Positions 17,745 through 26,681 of a stretch of 64,000 nucleotides of DNA are shown here, piece after piece. Each line of letters begins with the position of its first letter. Positions within the stretch are counted from its first letter, which is position 1. Under the pieces are notes generated by a model. The model worked only from the letters and a program-made list of their open reading frames with translations, had not been told where the DNA came from and made no database searches. The translations under genes and the position numbers were made by a program. The stretch lies in the NCBI GenBank assembly GCA_049322955.1, contig JBMOPU010000012.1, positions 543,199-607,198 of the forward strand. The letters are read 5' to 3'. The stretch is from Patescibacteria group bacterium. GTDB lineage: Bacteria > Patescibacteriota > Microgenomatia > UBA10105 > UBA927.

Positions 17745-18989
17745 TTACTGTGTAACCCACTTTTCCAGCGCCCGTTGAAGCTCGGGGCTGTCTTTGGTTT
17801 CTGAAAGGGGAGTGCCCGTAAGTGTTGCCTTCAATGATTGGACGATCGCCCGTGCTCCTGCGGGAGTGCCGTCGGGGTGCCCGTGAATGCCGCCGCCGAA
17901 GTTCATGAGTAAATCCTTGCCGAGGATGGATACAAGATCGGGGATGTGTCCGGGGTGCAGTCCGCCCGATGCGGTGGGGAGGGTAGTTTTCAAGCCATAC
18001 CATTCACTTCTTAGGAAGTTATTGATCGTCACCACTTCTTCTTTCCCGCCTTCCATTTTGCCGACGACCGTTCCGGTGTGGAACGAGTCGATACCCGCAA
18101 GGCGCGCCAGTTTGGCGATGACGAGCATCGAGATACCGAATATTTTGGATCGGGTAAATGCCGCGTGCATGGCGCGGTGCCCATGGATCATCAGTCCGTA
18201 GTTCCTATTCCGAATTCCCTGGGTCGCGGCAAAGCCCGCAGTCAGGACATCGATCATCAGACAGTTAGCGCCACTGTCGCGCACGTAGTTGGCGCGTTTC
18301 ATCATTTCTTCGTAACTTGCCGTGATGTTAAACGCATGGATTTTTGCCTTGCCGATTTCAAGGTAATTCTTTTCTTTCATCCTGCGGGTCACTTCATCCA
18401 CCCGGGTATAGAAATTATCAAACGTCATGTTGGCGAGGTTTTCGTCATCTTTGACGAGGTTGACCCCTCCATCCCACACCTCCATACACGCTTCGGCGTG
18501 GCGGACGCTGGTGAGTCCCAGCTTGGGCTTGATGATCGAGCCGGTGAGCGGGCCATCGTGTACTCCCGTGAGGTTGCGGATTCCTTCGATGCCCAATGCA
18601 GGACCGGGGAACGATTTGACGAATATCTCGGGAAATTCCAAATCTTCAAGCCGGAGCCCCACGATTTCTTTAAGCCCGAAGACGTTTCCCGTGATAGAAG
18701 AGAGGAGTTGGGGGATACTTCCCGCCTCGAATAAATCGAGTGGATACGCGACGACAATTCTTCCCGTCTTTTCATCCATTTCGATGACTTTGGCATGCAA
18801 TTTGTCCCAGATTTCCTTTTCTTCAAGCCCGATGTCCGTCCACGTGCCGACGGAGGATTCCGCCGCCACTCCACCTGCCGTTTTATCAAACGGTTCGCCT
18901 TCCACTTTGAGGGTAAAGGTAGCCAAAATATGCTTGGTCTTGTCGACTTTTTCGTTGAGTGCCAGATAATGGATGTACCGATTTGCCAT
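17745..18989 (-). CDS. rbcL: Ribulose-1,5-bisphosphate carboxylase/oxygenase large subunit, form III-like (archaeal/CPR type)
   Basis: Active-site motifs IKPKLGLTS, GGVNLVKDDEN (carbamylated Lys), HRAMHAAFTR, GLHPGHIP ... NFGGGIHGHPDG; 414 aa. Immediately downstream of an e2b2-family isomerase. Confidence 0.88.
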   Translation of the reverse strand: MANRYIHYLALNEKVDKTKHILATFTLKVEGEPFDKTAGGVAAESSVGTWTDIGLEEKEIWDKLHAKVIEMDEKTGRIVVAYPLDLFEAGSIPQLLSSITGNVFGLKEIVGLRLEDLEFPEIFVKSFPGPALGIEGIRNLTGVHDGPLTGSIIKPKLGLTSVRHAEACMEVWDGGVNLVKDDENLANMTFDNFYTRVDEVTRRMKEKNYLEIGKAKIHAFNITASYEEMMKRANYVRDSGANCLMIDVLTAGFAATQGIRNRNYGLMIHGHRAMHAAFTRSKIFGISMLVIAKLARLAGIDSFHTGTVVGKMEGGKEEVVTINNFLRSEWYGLKTTLPTASGGLHPGHIPDLVSILGKDLLMNFGGGIHGHPDGTPAGARAIVQSLKATLTGTPLSETKDSPELQRALEKWVTQ

Positions 18990-18996
18990 AGAAATA

Positions 18997-19911
18997 TTAT
19001 AGAGAGATAAACGGATAATTCATACGGGCGGTTTCGACAATTTGTTCCCCGCGAAGCAATCCCGCTTCGGTAATGATCGTGATGTCTTTATCATACGGTG
19101 TAAAGTCAAAGGCGGGGGCAAAGATCGAAAGCTTTTCGGGCGCATCGTTCCATATTTCCGACGGATTGCGGGTTTCGATAAGCGACTGGTCAAACGGGCG
19201 AGGATCATATTTTAACAACGTGGAGAAGCAATACACGGGAATATTTCGCGCCCGTGCCGCAAGTACGATGGCAAGACTGCCGATTTTGTTGACAAACCCC
19301 GTGTCGGTCAGTAAATCCGCCCCGATAAATACCGCCGAAATATTCCGCTTCGGATCGGCAAGCACCGAGGCGGCGGCGCTATCGACGATCAGTGTCACGG
19401 GATCGATACCCCCGTTTATGAGTTCCCGCACCGTGAGTCTTCCTTGAAACAGAGGGCGCGTTTCGGTGGCGATAACCGAAAGCTTCTTTCCGTTGTGGTG
19501 TGCCTGCAAAAAAGCGTTGGTGACGGTGGATGCATGGCAATGGGTCAGGTATGTTGCGCCATCTTGCATGAGGGCGGCACCATGGGCGGCAATTTTATGT
19601 TTTGCGTCACGGATAAAGGTAGTGTAGGTCGCGATTTTTCCGAGTACTGCCGCGGCGGTTTTGGGAGCATCGGCAAACATACTCCGCACCGCATTTTGAG
19701 CCAACGGCTCGGTGGGACGCGCGTATGCCAGCGCTTCTGCCATCTCTTTCAGCTTCGTTACGGGTGTTTCGGGGGCATTGCGTACCGTGAGGGTAAGGGT
19801 ATCAAGCACGGCAAGTGCGACATTAGTCGCTCCCTGAATGTTTAAGGCTTTGATATCCGAAACCACCTGTTCATGGGACAGCATATGTCCATTGTAGAAA
19901 GAACGGTTCAC
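18997..19911 (-). CDS. Ribose-1,5-bisphosphate isomerase (eIF-2B alpha/beta/delta-like, e2b2 family)
   Basis: IF-2B family fold (GATNVALAVLD, THCHAST with candidate catalytic Cys, GADLLTDTG with Asp). Ends 8 nt upstream of rbcL. Start is GTG at 19911 or in-frame ATG at 19884. Confidence 0.75.
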   Translation of the reverse strand: MNRSFYNGHMLSHEQVVSDIKALNIQGATNVALAVLDTLTLTVRNAPETPVTKLKEMAEALAYARPTEPLAQNAVRSMFADAPKTAAAVLGKIATYTTFIRDAKHKIAAHGAALMQDGATYLTHCHASTVTNAFLQAHHNGKKLSVIATETRPLFQGRLTVRELINGGIDPVTLIVDSAAASVLADPKRNISAVFIGADLLTDTGFVNKIGSLAIVLAARARNIPVYCFSTLLKYDPRPFDQSLIETRNPSEIWNDAPEKLSIFAPAFDFTPYDKDITIITEAGLLRGEQIVETARMNYPFISL

Positions 19912-19923
19912 GAAAACAATGCG

Positions 19924-20229
19924 TTATCGGGTGCGGGTGAGGTGGATAACGGTACCCGTTTCCGCATCGGTTAGTGTATCGGTGGCATCATTGGCGGGCA
20001 AATTTGCAGTGTCGATAGGTGCCCCTACCTGTTCAAATTTCAGATACGCCCGTCCGGCGCCCTTCGCCCCCTCACTAATCATGTGGGAAGGAGCCCAGAG
20101 TATCTTCCGCCAAATCCCCGGTTGTATTTGGAGTCGGGCGGATATAATTCCCCCCGATTCCTTGGGGTCGGGGATGGTAAATTCATCGCGTCCATCGGGT
20201 GGCCGCTCTATGTAGCCTTTGACCGTCAT
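19924..20229 (-). CDS. Small hypothetical protein, first gene of the isomerase-RuBisCO operon
   Basis: Start set at MTVKGYIERPPDGRDEF (ATG); two further in-frame ATGs exist at 20244 and 20295. Stop lies 13 nt upstream of the isomerase start. No recognisable domain. Confidence 0.35.
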   Translation of the reverse strand: MTVKGYIERPPDGRDEFTIPDPKESGGIISARLQIQPGIWRKILWAPSHMISEGAKGAGRAYLKFEQVGAPIDTANLPANDATDTLTDAETGTVIHLTRTR

Positions 20230-20329
20230 AACGGGATAAATCATACAAAAAAAACCGGCTTTTTTCAAGTTATAGGGCATGCACGTTCCGCGCAAATGTA
20301 ACGAGCATTATGATGCGGTATGATATACT

Positions 20330-20665
20330 TTGGGTATGGTGAAAGAGAAACATGTCTATGCGTGCGCGGAAGGAAGGATTCGCGGTCGGGAACTGGCCGA
20401 TCTGGCAAACGCGACGAAAGTAATTTCCGCCCGTTCCTTTCCCGGAGGCAAAAGACGCCTGGTAGAGCTCGATAAAAGTGTGCTTCAGGCGACAATAGCC
20501 GAGGATGAACTGGTGATATTAATTACGGAACCGCAAACGAGTTGGCGGGAAGATTACGAGTTATCCGAGCGGGCAAAAGTGTTGCTTGGGAACGCCGGCA
20601 GAAAGTGGCGAAGTGATACACACGCCAATCTCATCGTCGAATTGGAGTTACGAATGCTTCAGTAG
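20330..20665 (+). CDS. Hypothetical protein
   Basis: Complete 111-aa ORF in an otherwise gene-free gap; no recognisable motif. Confidence 0.3.
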   Translation: MGMVKEKHVYACAEGRIRGRELADLANATKVISARSFPGGKRRLVELDKSVLQATIAEDELVILITEPQTSWREDYELSERAKVLLGNAGRKWRSDTHANLIVELELRMLQ

Positions 20666-20824
20666 CCACTTCGTACCATCCTTCCTGATTCCTCAGGTCG
20701 AATGCGCGGGATCGTGTTCCACTTGCTGATTTACCTTCAAGATAGTACTTACCCAGAAAATAACCCACCCATTTTCACCATAACCGGAAGAAAAATAATA
20801 CCGGCGTGTGTCGGCTTGGGAATC

Positions 20825-21142
20825 TTATTCTTCCGGAAAATTGAGGACGCCGGTAATAAATAAATCAATGCTGTGAAGCAACTGAATCTGTGTTTCCCTT
20901 GCCCCCTTGAGGGGATTTTTTCCTCTATTTTCCTGACGTAGCTCGCGGATTTGTCGTTGATCCATGGAGAGCACTGTGGTCACAATTTCTTCAAATTCTG
21001 CTCTTGAATGACCCCAGGTATCAGCCCATGCTATTTTCTCGGGAGTCAGGAAGTGTGTTCGAAGACGATCACGGTTCGCCTGCATAAAGCGTAGTTCCTC
21101 GTCTGCGCTGATTCGTCGTGGCATGCGGTGAGATTCACTCAT
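20825..21142 (-). CDS. Hypothetical protein
   Basis: Complete 105-aa ORF convergent with the previous one. Its last three codons form one arm of a 9-bp inverted repeat. Confidence 0.3.
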   Translation of the reverse strand: MSESHRMPRRISADEELRFMQANRDRLRTHFLTPEKIAWADTWGHSRAEFEEIVTTVLSMDQRQIRELRQENRGKNPLKGARETQIQLLHSIDLFITGVLNFPEE

Positions 21143-21224
21143 TTCACAAAAATTATAGCATTAATGGCGGTATGCGGATACGTCTAAGGGTGTGGATACG
21201 TTGAACACATGATACAATCTTGGC

Positions 21225-22301
21225 ATGAATTTAAAAATAGGCATCGTCGGGCTTCCCAATGCGGGAAAATCCACGTTATTTAACGCACTGTTAAAAAAAC
21301 AGGTGGCATTTGCGGCAAACTATCCGTTTGCCACGATAGAGCCCAATATCGGTGTTGTGCCAGTGCCCGATGAACGGTTGGCAAAAATTGCCGAAATCAC
21401 TAAAGAAGAAGATCACCTGGAAAAACTGCCGCCGCTCCGTCCCGCCACCGTGGAGTTTGTCGACATCGCGGGACTGGTGAAGGGCGCAAGTGAAGGCGAA
21501 GGATTGGGAAACAAATTTTTAGCCCACATTCGTGAGGTGAATATTATCTGTAACGTTCTCCGGTTTTTTCCCGACTCGAACATTGTCCATACCGAAGGAG
21601 GCATTGATGCCGAGCGCGATCGTACCATCGTTGAAACGGAACTCGTGCTTGCCGACCTGCAAACGCTCACTAAACAGCAGGAGCCCAAAATGAATGCAAC
21701 GAAGGAAGATCGGGCGCGGTATGAACTCGTCAAACGACTTAAATCCGCCATGGACGCGGGCAAGCGCGCGGGAGAAATCCTTACCGATCCCGACGAACGG
21801 GAGCTTATCCGCCCGCTCCAACTCTTAACAATGAAGCCGATTGTGTACGTGGGCAACGTCTCCGAATCACAGCTTGCCGTTCCGCCGCAAACGAATCTTC
21901 ATCCGATGGTGTTTATATCTGCGCAAACCGAATCTGAACTTGCCGCCATGACGCCCGAGGAACAAAAAGATTATCTTGCATCTCTCGGAGTTTCCGCTTC
22001 GGGACTTGATCTGCTAATCCGCACCGCATACGAAACACTGGGACTTATATCTTTTCTCACGACGGGTGAACTGGAAAGCCGTGCCTGGACGATCGAAAAG
22101 GGTATGAAGGCGCCGACAGCCGCCGGGGTGATTCATACGGATTTCGAAAAGAAGTTTATTAAAGCGGACACAGTCTCGTATGCCGACTTTGTTGCCTGCG
22201 GCGGTTGGAAAAAGGCACGGGAAGCCGGAAAAGCACGCAGTGAGGGTAAAGAGTACGAGATGCAGGACGGTGATGTGGTGGAGTTTAAAATCGGCGCTTA
22301 A
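21225..22301 (+). CDS. ychF: Ribosome-binding ATPase YchF (Obg-family GTPase)
   Basis: G1 GLPNAGKST, G3 DIAGLV, TGS-like C-terminal domain (DFEKKFIKADTVSYADF...); 358 aa. Confidence 0.92.
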   Translation: MNLKIGIVGLPNAGKSTLFNALLKKQVAFAANYPFATIEPNIGVVPVPDERLAKIAEITKEEDHLEKLPPLRPATVEFVDIAGLVKGASEGEGLGNKFLAHIREVNIICNVLRFFPDSNIVHTEGGIDAERDRTIVETELVLADLQTLTKQQEPKMNATKEDRARYELVKRLKSAMDAGKRAGEILTDPDERELIRPLQLLTMKPIVYVGNVSESQLAVPPQTNLHPMVFISAQTESELAAMTPEEQKDYLASLGVSASGLDLLIRTAYETLGLISFLTTGELESRAWTIEKGMKAPTAAGVIHTDFEKKFIKADTVSYADFVACGGWKKAREAGKARSEGKEYEMQDGDVVEFKIGA

Positions 22302-22311
22302 TACAGACTCT

Positions 22312-22539
22312 ATGACATTTCGCATTGAACGGTTCCCTGACTGTTACTATACCGGCCGTGAAAGGCTATATAATGCCGGGGAGGAATTGAAGGTGCGGGT
22401 GAGTGCAATGGGTGGCCTTTCCACGCGGGAAGCAACGCTCGAGAGCTTACCATCAGGCAAAGGCTTCATCGTCGGAGACAGAGTTATTCGACCTCCTCAT
22501 TATATCTGGACGAATTTCGGCTATGCGATTGCAGAATAA
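22312..22539 (+). CDS. Small hypothetical protein (75 aa)
   Basis: ATG-initiated portion (MTFRIERFPDCYYTG...) of ORF 22180..22539, chosen so it does not overlap ychF. Lies directly upstream of rpsF. Confidence 0.25.
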   Translation: MTFRIERFPDCYYTGRERLYNAGEELKVRVSAMGGLSTREATLESLPSGKGFIVGDRVIRPPHYIWTNFGYAIAE

Positions 22540-22584
22540 AACCCTCATTGAAGATTACGTTCCAATTTGCTATCATTATTGCTT

Positions 22585-22863
22585 ATGACTACGTACGAAC
22601 TCATGGTTGTGGTAAATAGCGCCGTTGATTTGACGGCCGATAAAGCGCAAAAGGATTTGGTGGAAAAACTCGTCGGTGCCGGAGGTACGGTGACCGAAGT
22701 GACATCCCTGGGCAAGAAAACGCTTGCGTATCCTATTAAAAAGCAAACGGAGGCGACCTATCTCCTCGCGACGGTAACGGGATCAGTGAAATCAGCAGAT
22801 ATCGACAAGAAATCCAAACTCATGGATGAAGTCTTGCGATTTTTGTTGACGGTGAAAGAGTAA
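22585..22863 (+). CDS. rpsF: 30S ribosomal protein S6
   Basis: MTTYELMVVVNSAVD... is typical of bS6. First ATG chosen; the ORF-track start at 22567 is TTG. Classic rpsF-ssb-rpsR order. Confidence 0.85.
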   Translation: MTTYELMVVVNSAVDLTADKAQKDLVEKLVGAGGTVTEVTSLGKKTLAYPIKKQTEATYLLATVTGSVKSADIDKKSKLMDEVLRFLLTVKE

Positions 22864-22883
22864 CAGAAGGGAAGGGGGTATCT

Positions 22884-23378
22884 ATGTCCAGTAGAAGTTT
22901 GAACAAGGTAACGCTCATCGGAAACCTTACGAGGGATCCTGAGCTTCGATATACACCGACGGGTGCCGCCGTGTGTACCATCGGTCTTGCGACCAACAGG
23001 ACATGGGTAACTGATGCGGGCGAAAAGAAAGAAGAAACGGAATTTCACCGCGTGGTCGCCTGGAACAAGCTTGCAGAACTTTGCAGTCAATTGCTATCCA
23101 AAGGCCGCAAAGTCTATGTAGAGGGAAGACTTCGGACTTCCGCCTGGCAGGCACAAGACGGATCACAACGGACGAGTACTGAAATTGTCATCGAAGACAT
23201 GATCGTGCTTGATTCGAAGCGACCCGGCGAAGAGAGCGGTGAGGCTCAGGAAAAAGCCGTTCCCGCATCTGCAACGGTACCGCCGAAGAAGAAAGTCGAG
23301 AAAAAGGAAACAAAAGAGGAAGCTCCTTCAGCGCCGTCAGCGGCAGAAGAAGTAAATCCTGACGATATACCGTTTTAA
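22884..23378 (+). CDS. ssb: Single-stranded DNA-binding protein
   Basis: OB-fold N-terminus (VTLIGNLTRDPELRYTPTGAAV ... FHRVVAWNKLAE), acidic C-terminal tail ending DDIPF. Confidence 0.92.
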   Translation: MSSRSLNKVTLIGNLTRDPELRYTPTGAAVCTIGLATNRTWVTDAGEKKEETEFHRVVAWNKLAELCSQLLSKGRKVYVEGRLRTSAWQAQDGSQRTSTEIVIEDMIVLDSKRPGEESGEAQEKAVPASATVPPKKKVEKKETKEEAPSAPSAAEEVNPDDIPF

Positions 23379-23411
23379 CGGGTAAAAAATTGACAAAGTA
23401 ACAAAAAACAT

Positions 23412-23657
23412 ATGATGAAACGATCTGGAAAATTTGTACGAAAGTTGCGACCGGTTCCGACCAACTGCCCGTTCTGTGCGGCAGATTCAAATCCTGACTA
23501 CAAGGATGCGACAGCGCTTGGCAAATACCTTACCGAACGCGGCAAGCTTCAGGGCCGTGCACGGACGGGACTTTGCGCAAAGCATCAGCGGCGTGTCGAG
23601 CAGGCAATTAAGCGTGCCCGGTTAGTCGCGATCTTGCCGTTTGTGGTACGAGCCTGA
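23412..23657 (+). CDS. rpsR: 30S ribosomal protein S18
   Basis: CPFC ... DYKD ... LTERGKL ... RRVEQAIKRAR is typical of bS18; follows ssb. Confidence 0.88.
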   Translation: MMKRSGKFVRKLRPVPTNCPFCAADSNPDYKDATALGKYLTERGKLQGRARTGLCAKHQRRVEQAIKRARLVAILPFVVRA

Positions 23658-23665
23658 TTTTCTCA

Positions 23666-24955
23666 ATGAAATCCCTGCCATTTTCAAAAATACGATCCTT
23701 CGTCTTAGTTCTCGCGCTTGTTATTCTTTCCGGCGGGGTAGGGTATCAGCTCGGCGAACGAAAAGTCTCCGTACGATTTACCGATAAGCGGCCGGTTGTT
23801 AATACCGGCGCTCCCGGCGGCACCAGCGTCAATTTCGGCGTGTTTTGGGATGTTTGGGGCAAACTCACCCGATACTACATCGAACCGCAATCTATTGATG
23901 TCGAAAAGCTCGTCAATGGGGCAATAACCGGTATGGTAGCGGCGGTAGGAGATCCTTACACGTCATTCTTCCCCCCTCAGGAAAACAAACAGTTTAAAGA
24001 AGATCTGGGGGGCGCCATTGAGGGCATCGGTGCCGAATTAGGGTTGAGAGACGGACGTGTCATCATCGTCACGCCGCTCAAGGGAACACCGGCAGAAGAC
24101 GCAGGAGTGAAACCGAACGATATTATTCTCAAAGTGAATGACGAAGAAACCGCGGGATGGACGGTGGATCAGGCCGTCAATAAAATCCGCGGTCCCAAGG
24201 GAACAAAAGTAAAACTTACGTTATTGAGTCCTCTCGATGCCTCGGGTCCGCATGACGTCAGTATCGTACGCAATACGATCACGATCCCTTCCGTGACCTC
24301 CTGGATTAAACCGGTGCGGGAAATCACCGAAATTTCCTCGGCTACCGAAGCGGCGCAACTCAAGACCCGCTCATCCGATGATCGGGTTGCCTACATTAAG
24401 CTAACCCGATTCGGGGACAATACCAACGCCGATTGGAACAAAGCAGTGGATGCCATTCTTGCCGCGGACAAAGCAAATAAGCTCGGCGGCATGATACTCG
24501 ATCTGCGCAACAACCCCGGAGGGTATCTTGACGGTGCCGTATATATCGCAAGCGAATTTATGAAAGGCGGCACGGTCGTTTCACAGGTTAACAGTGACGG
24601 AACCCGCCAGAATTATCCGACTGACCGCAAGGGACGACTGACCGCTATGCCGGTTGTCGTGCTTGTCAACGGCGGTTCCGCATCGGCATCGGAAATTGTT
24701 GCGGGCGCGCTTCGGGACAGTAAGCGGGCAAAACTGGTCGGGCAAACCACCTTCGGGAAAGGCACGGTGCAAACGCCGTTTGATCTTTCGGGCGGCTCAA
24801 GCGTCCATATCACGACGGGCAAATGGTTGCTTCCGGGCGGCAGTTCAATCAGTCAAAAAGGGCTTACGCCCGATCTGACCGTTGCGCTTGACGTTGCGTT
24901 ATCCGCTACCGCAGATGCGCAACTTGCCAAGGCCATCGAACTTCTTCTTCAGTAA
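23666..24955 (+). CDS. Carboxyl-terminal processing (tail-specific) protease, S41 family, membrane-anchored
   Basis: N-terminal TM helix, PDZ region (GIGAELG ... VKPNDIILKVNDEE), S41 catalytic region LDLRNNPGGYLD ... LVNGGSASASEI. Confidence 0.88.
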   Translation: MKSLPFSKIRSFVLVLALVILSGGVGYQLGERKVSVRFTDKRPVVNTGAPGGTSVNFGVFWDVWGKLTRYYIEPQSIDVEKLVNGAITGMVAAVGDPYTSFFPPQENKQFKEDLGGAIEGIGAELGLRDGRVIIVTPLKGTPAEDAGVKPNDIILKVNDEETAGWTVDQAVNKIRGPKGTKVKLTLLSPLDASGPHDVSIVRNTITIPSVTSWIKPVREITEISSATEAAQLKTRSSDDRVAYIKLTRFGDNTNADWNKAVDAILAADKANKLGGMILDLRNNPGGYLDGAVYIASEFMKGGTVVSQVNSDGTRQNYPTDRKGRLTAMPVVVLVNGGSASASEIVAGALRDSKRAKLVGQTTFGKGTVQTPFDLSGGSSVHITTGKWLLPGGSSISQKGLTPDLTVALDVALSATADAQLAKAIELLLQ

Positions 24956-24965
24956 TTTTTCAGTT

Positions 24966-24993
24966 TTGCGAGATATGTTTTGTTGTGTATACT
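24966..24993 (+). promoter_or_regulatory. Candidate sigma70-type promoter for the htrA-like gene (TTGCGA - 16 nt - TATACT), only 7 nt upstream of the ATG (leaderless-like)
   Basis: Hexamers read directly from the sequence; spacing 16 nt; no Shine-Dalgarno between the -10 and the ATG. Confidence 0.35.
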
Positions 24994-25000
24994 AAGTGGT

Positions 25001-26155
25001 ATGAAACAGCAAAAAATACTCCTTCTCAGTGCCCTCGTCGTGCTCATAGTCGGCGGCGTCGTTTCCGCGGGTTTTTTAGGGCTTAACTGGCAACAGGTGA
25101 ACAACCTTCTTAAATTGCCGCTTCGTAATGAAGCTCCCGTTCGTACGTTTGCCGATCGTATTAAGGTTGTTGAAGAAGAAAACGTGATCACCGATGTGGT
25201 GGAGCGAGTTTCACCCTCTGTCGTTACAGTAGGTATATCACAGACGAGAGCGGTAGGGGATATTTTTGGATTTAATCCGTTTGATCCGTCGGAAACTGCG
25301 CCCCGCAGGCGCACGATAGAGCAGGATATCGGCAGCGGATTTGTTATCTCTTCTGACGGGCTTATTGTCACCAACAAGCACGTGGTGAGTATGAGTAATG
25401 CCAAATACCGCGTGATCACCAAAGACGACAAATCCTATGATGTGGTGAAAATTTATCGGGATCCCGATAATGACCTCGCGATCGTCAAGATCAACGCAAC
25501 AGGGCTTACCCCCATAGAGATGGGAGACTCGGACAAATTGAAGGTGGGACAAATGGCGATAGCGATCGGTACCGCGCTCGGTGAATTTCGAAACACGGTA
25601 ACGGTAGGCGTTATTTCGGGCGTGGGGAGGGGTATTACGGCGGGTGAGCCGTTTGGCGGCAGTGCGGAAAAACTTGATAACGTCATCCAAACCGACGCGG
25701 CCATCAATCCGGGTAACTCGGGAGGACCGCTCCTTAACTCTGCAGGACAGGTAATAGGCGTCAATACCGCCGTCTCCGCCGAAGGGCAGGGCATCGGATT
25801 TGCGCTTCCCATTAATGTCGTCAAAGACGCGGTGGCAAACTTCAATACCACGGGACAATTTAACCGTCCGTTTATGGGAGTGGAATATCGCATGGTAACG
25901 CGTCAAATCGCCGTGTTAAACGAGATTCCCGAAGGGGCGTACATCATGGCGATCGTACCGGGTAGCCCGGCTGATGATGCAAACATCGAAGAAGGGGATA
26001 TCATTACCAAAATAGCGGGGGAAAAGGTCACGGAGAGTAATGATCTTGCCCGCATCATCGGTAAGAAAAAAGTAGGGGACAAACTGGCTATCACGGTATG
26101 GCGGGACGAGAAAGAACGTGAATTAACACTCACATTGGGAACCCAAGATAACTAA
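25001..26155 (+). CDS. HtrA/DegP-family serine protease (trypsin-like S1C plus PDZ), membrane-anchored
   Basis: Catalytic triad context (His in TNKHVV, Asp in DLAIVKI, Ser in NPGNSGGPLLN), C-terminal PDZ. ATG at 25001 (MKQQKILLL, signal anchor); the ORF-track start at 24980 has no promoter room. Confidence 0.9.
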   Translation: MKQQKILLLSALVVLIVGGVVSAGFLGLNWQQVNNLLKLPLRNEAPVRTFADRIKVVEEENVITDVVERVSPSVVTVGISQTRAVGDIFGFNPFDPSETAPRRRTIEQDIGSGFVISSDGLIVTNKHVVSMSNAKYRVITKDDKSYDVVKIYRDPDNDLAIVKINATGLTPIEMGDSDKLKVGQMAIAIGTALGEFRNTVTVGVISGVGRGITAGEPFGGSAEKLDNVIQTDAAINPGNSGGPLLNSAGQVIGVNTAVSAEGQGIGFALPINVVKDAVANFNTTGQFNRPFMGVEYRMVTRQIAVLNEIPEGAYIMAIVPGSPADDANIEEGDIITKIAGEKVTESNDLARIIGKKKVGDKLAITVWRDEKERELTLTLGTQDN

Positions 26156-26161
26156 GATAGG

Positions 26162-26671
26162 TTAAATTAACTCGCGGAGTTTAGCGCGTGCCTTACTTAT
26201 TCTTGTTCTGACGGTAACTGAGTTGGTGTTTGTTTTTTCAGCAATTTCTTCATTCGAGTAGCCTTCCATAAGAAGGAGCATAACTTCCTGTTGCTCGATA
26301 TTTAACATACTTATTGCTTTGAGGATTGCCGCTTTATGTTCTCGATGGATTGTTTCCCGTTCTGGTGAAACGCTCTCATGCAGTCCGAATCTGGATTCAT
26401 CTTCGATAGTGACATGTCTTCTCCCAAACATTTTTTTGCGTCTGGACAAATCAATAAGTTTGTTTCGAGCTGTTCGATCCGTATATCCGAATAATGCATC
26501 TTCTCCGTTAGCCTCAATTTGTTTTTCAAGAGCTGTGAGAATTGCTGATTGAGTGGTATCCTCTGCATCTTCATCGTTCAAACCGCGTCGCCTTTGACGG
26601 GTGAAAGTCCGATCGAGAACTCTTTGAAACAGAGACTCCCTTTCTGTGGATTTTGTTTTGTTCTCACTCAT
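26162..26671 (-). CDS. RNA polymerase sigma factor, ECF (sigma-70 group 4) family
   Basis: Region 2 (DAEDTTQSAILTALEK) and region 4 HTH (EQQEVMLLLMEGYSNEEIAEKTNTNSVTVRTRISKARAKLRE). Start set at MSENKTKS. The gene is markedly AT-richer than its neighbours. Confidence 0.8.
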   Translation of the reverse strand: MSENKTKSTERESLFQRVLDRTFTRQRRRGLNDEDAEDTTQSAILTALEKQIEANGEDALFGYTDRTARNKLIDLSRRKKMFGRRHVTIEDESRFGLHESVSPERETIHREHKAAILKAISMLNIEQQEVMLLLMEGYSNEEIAEKTNTNSVTVRTRISKARAKLRELI

Positions 26672-26681
26672 GGGGCAGTAT

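Noticed and set aside
20236-20262. Terminator-like A8-CCGG-C-T6 stretch
   Set aside because: The stem is only 4 bp (CCGG) with flanking A/T runs. That is too weak for an intrinsic terminator.
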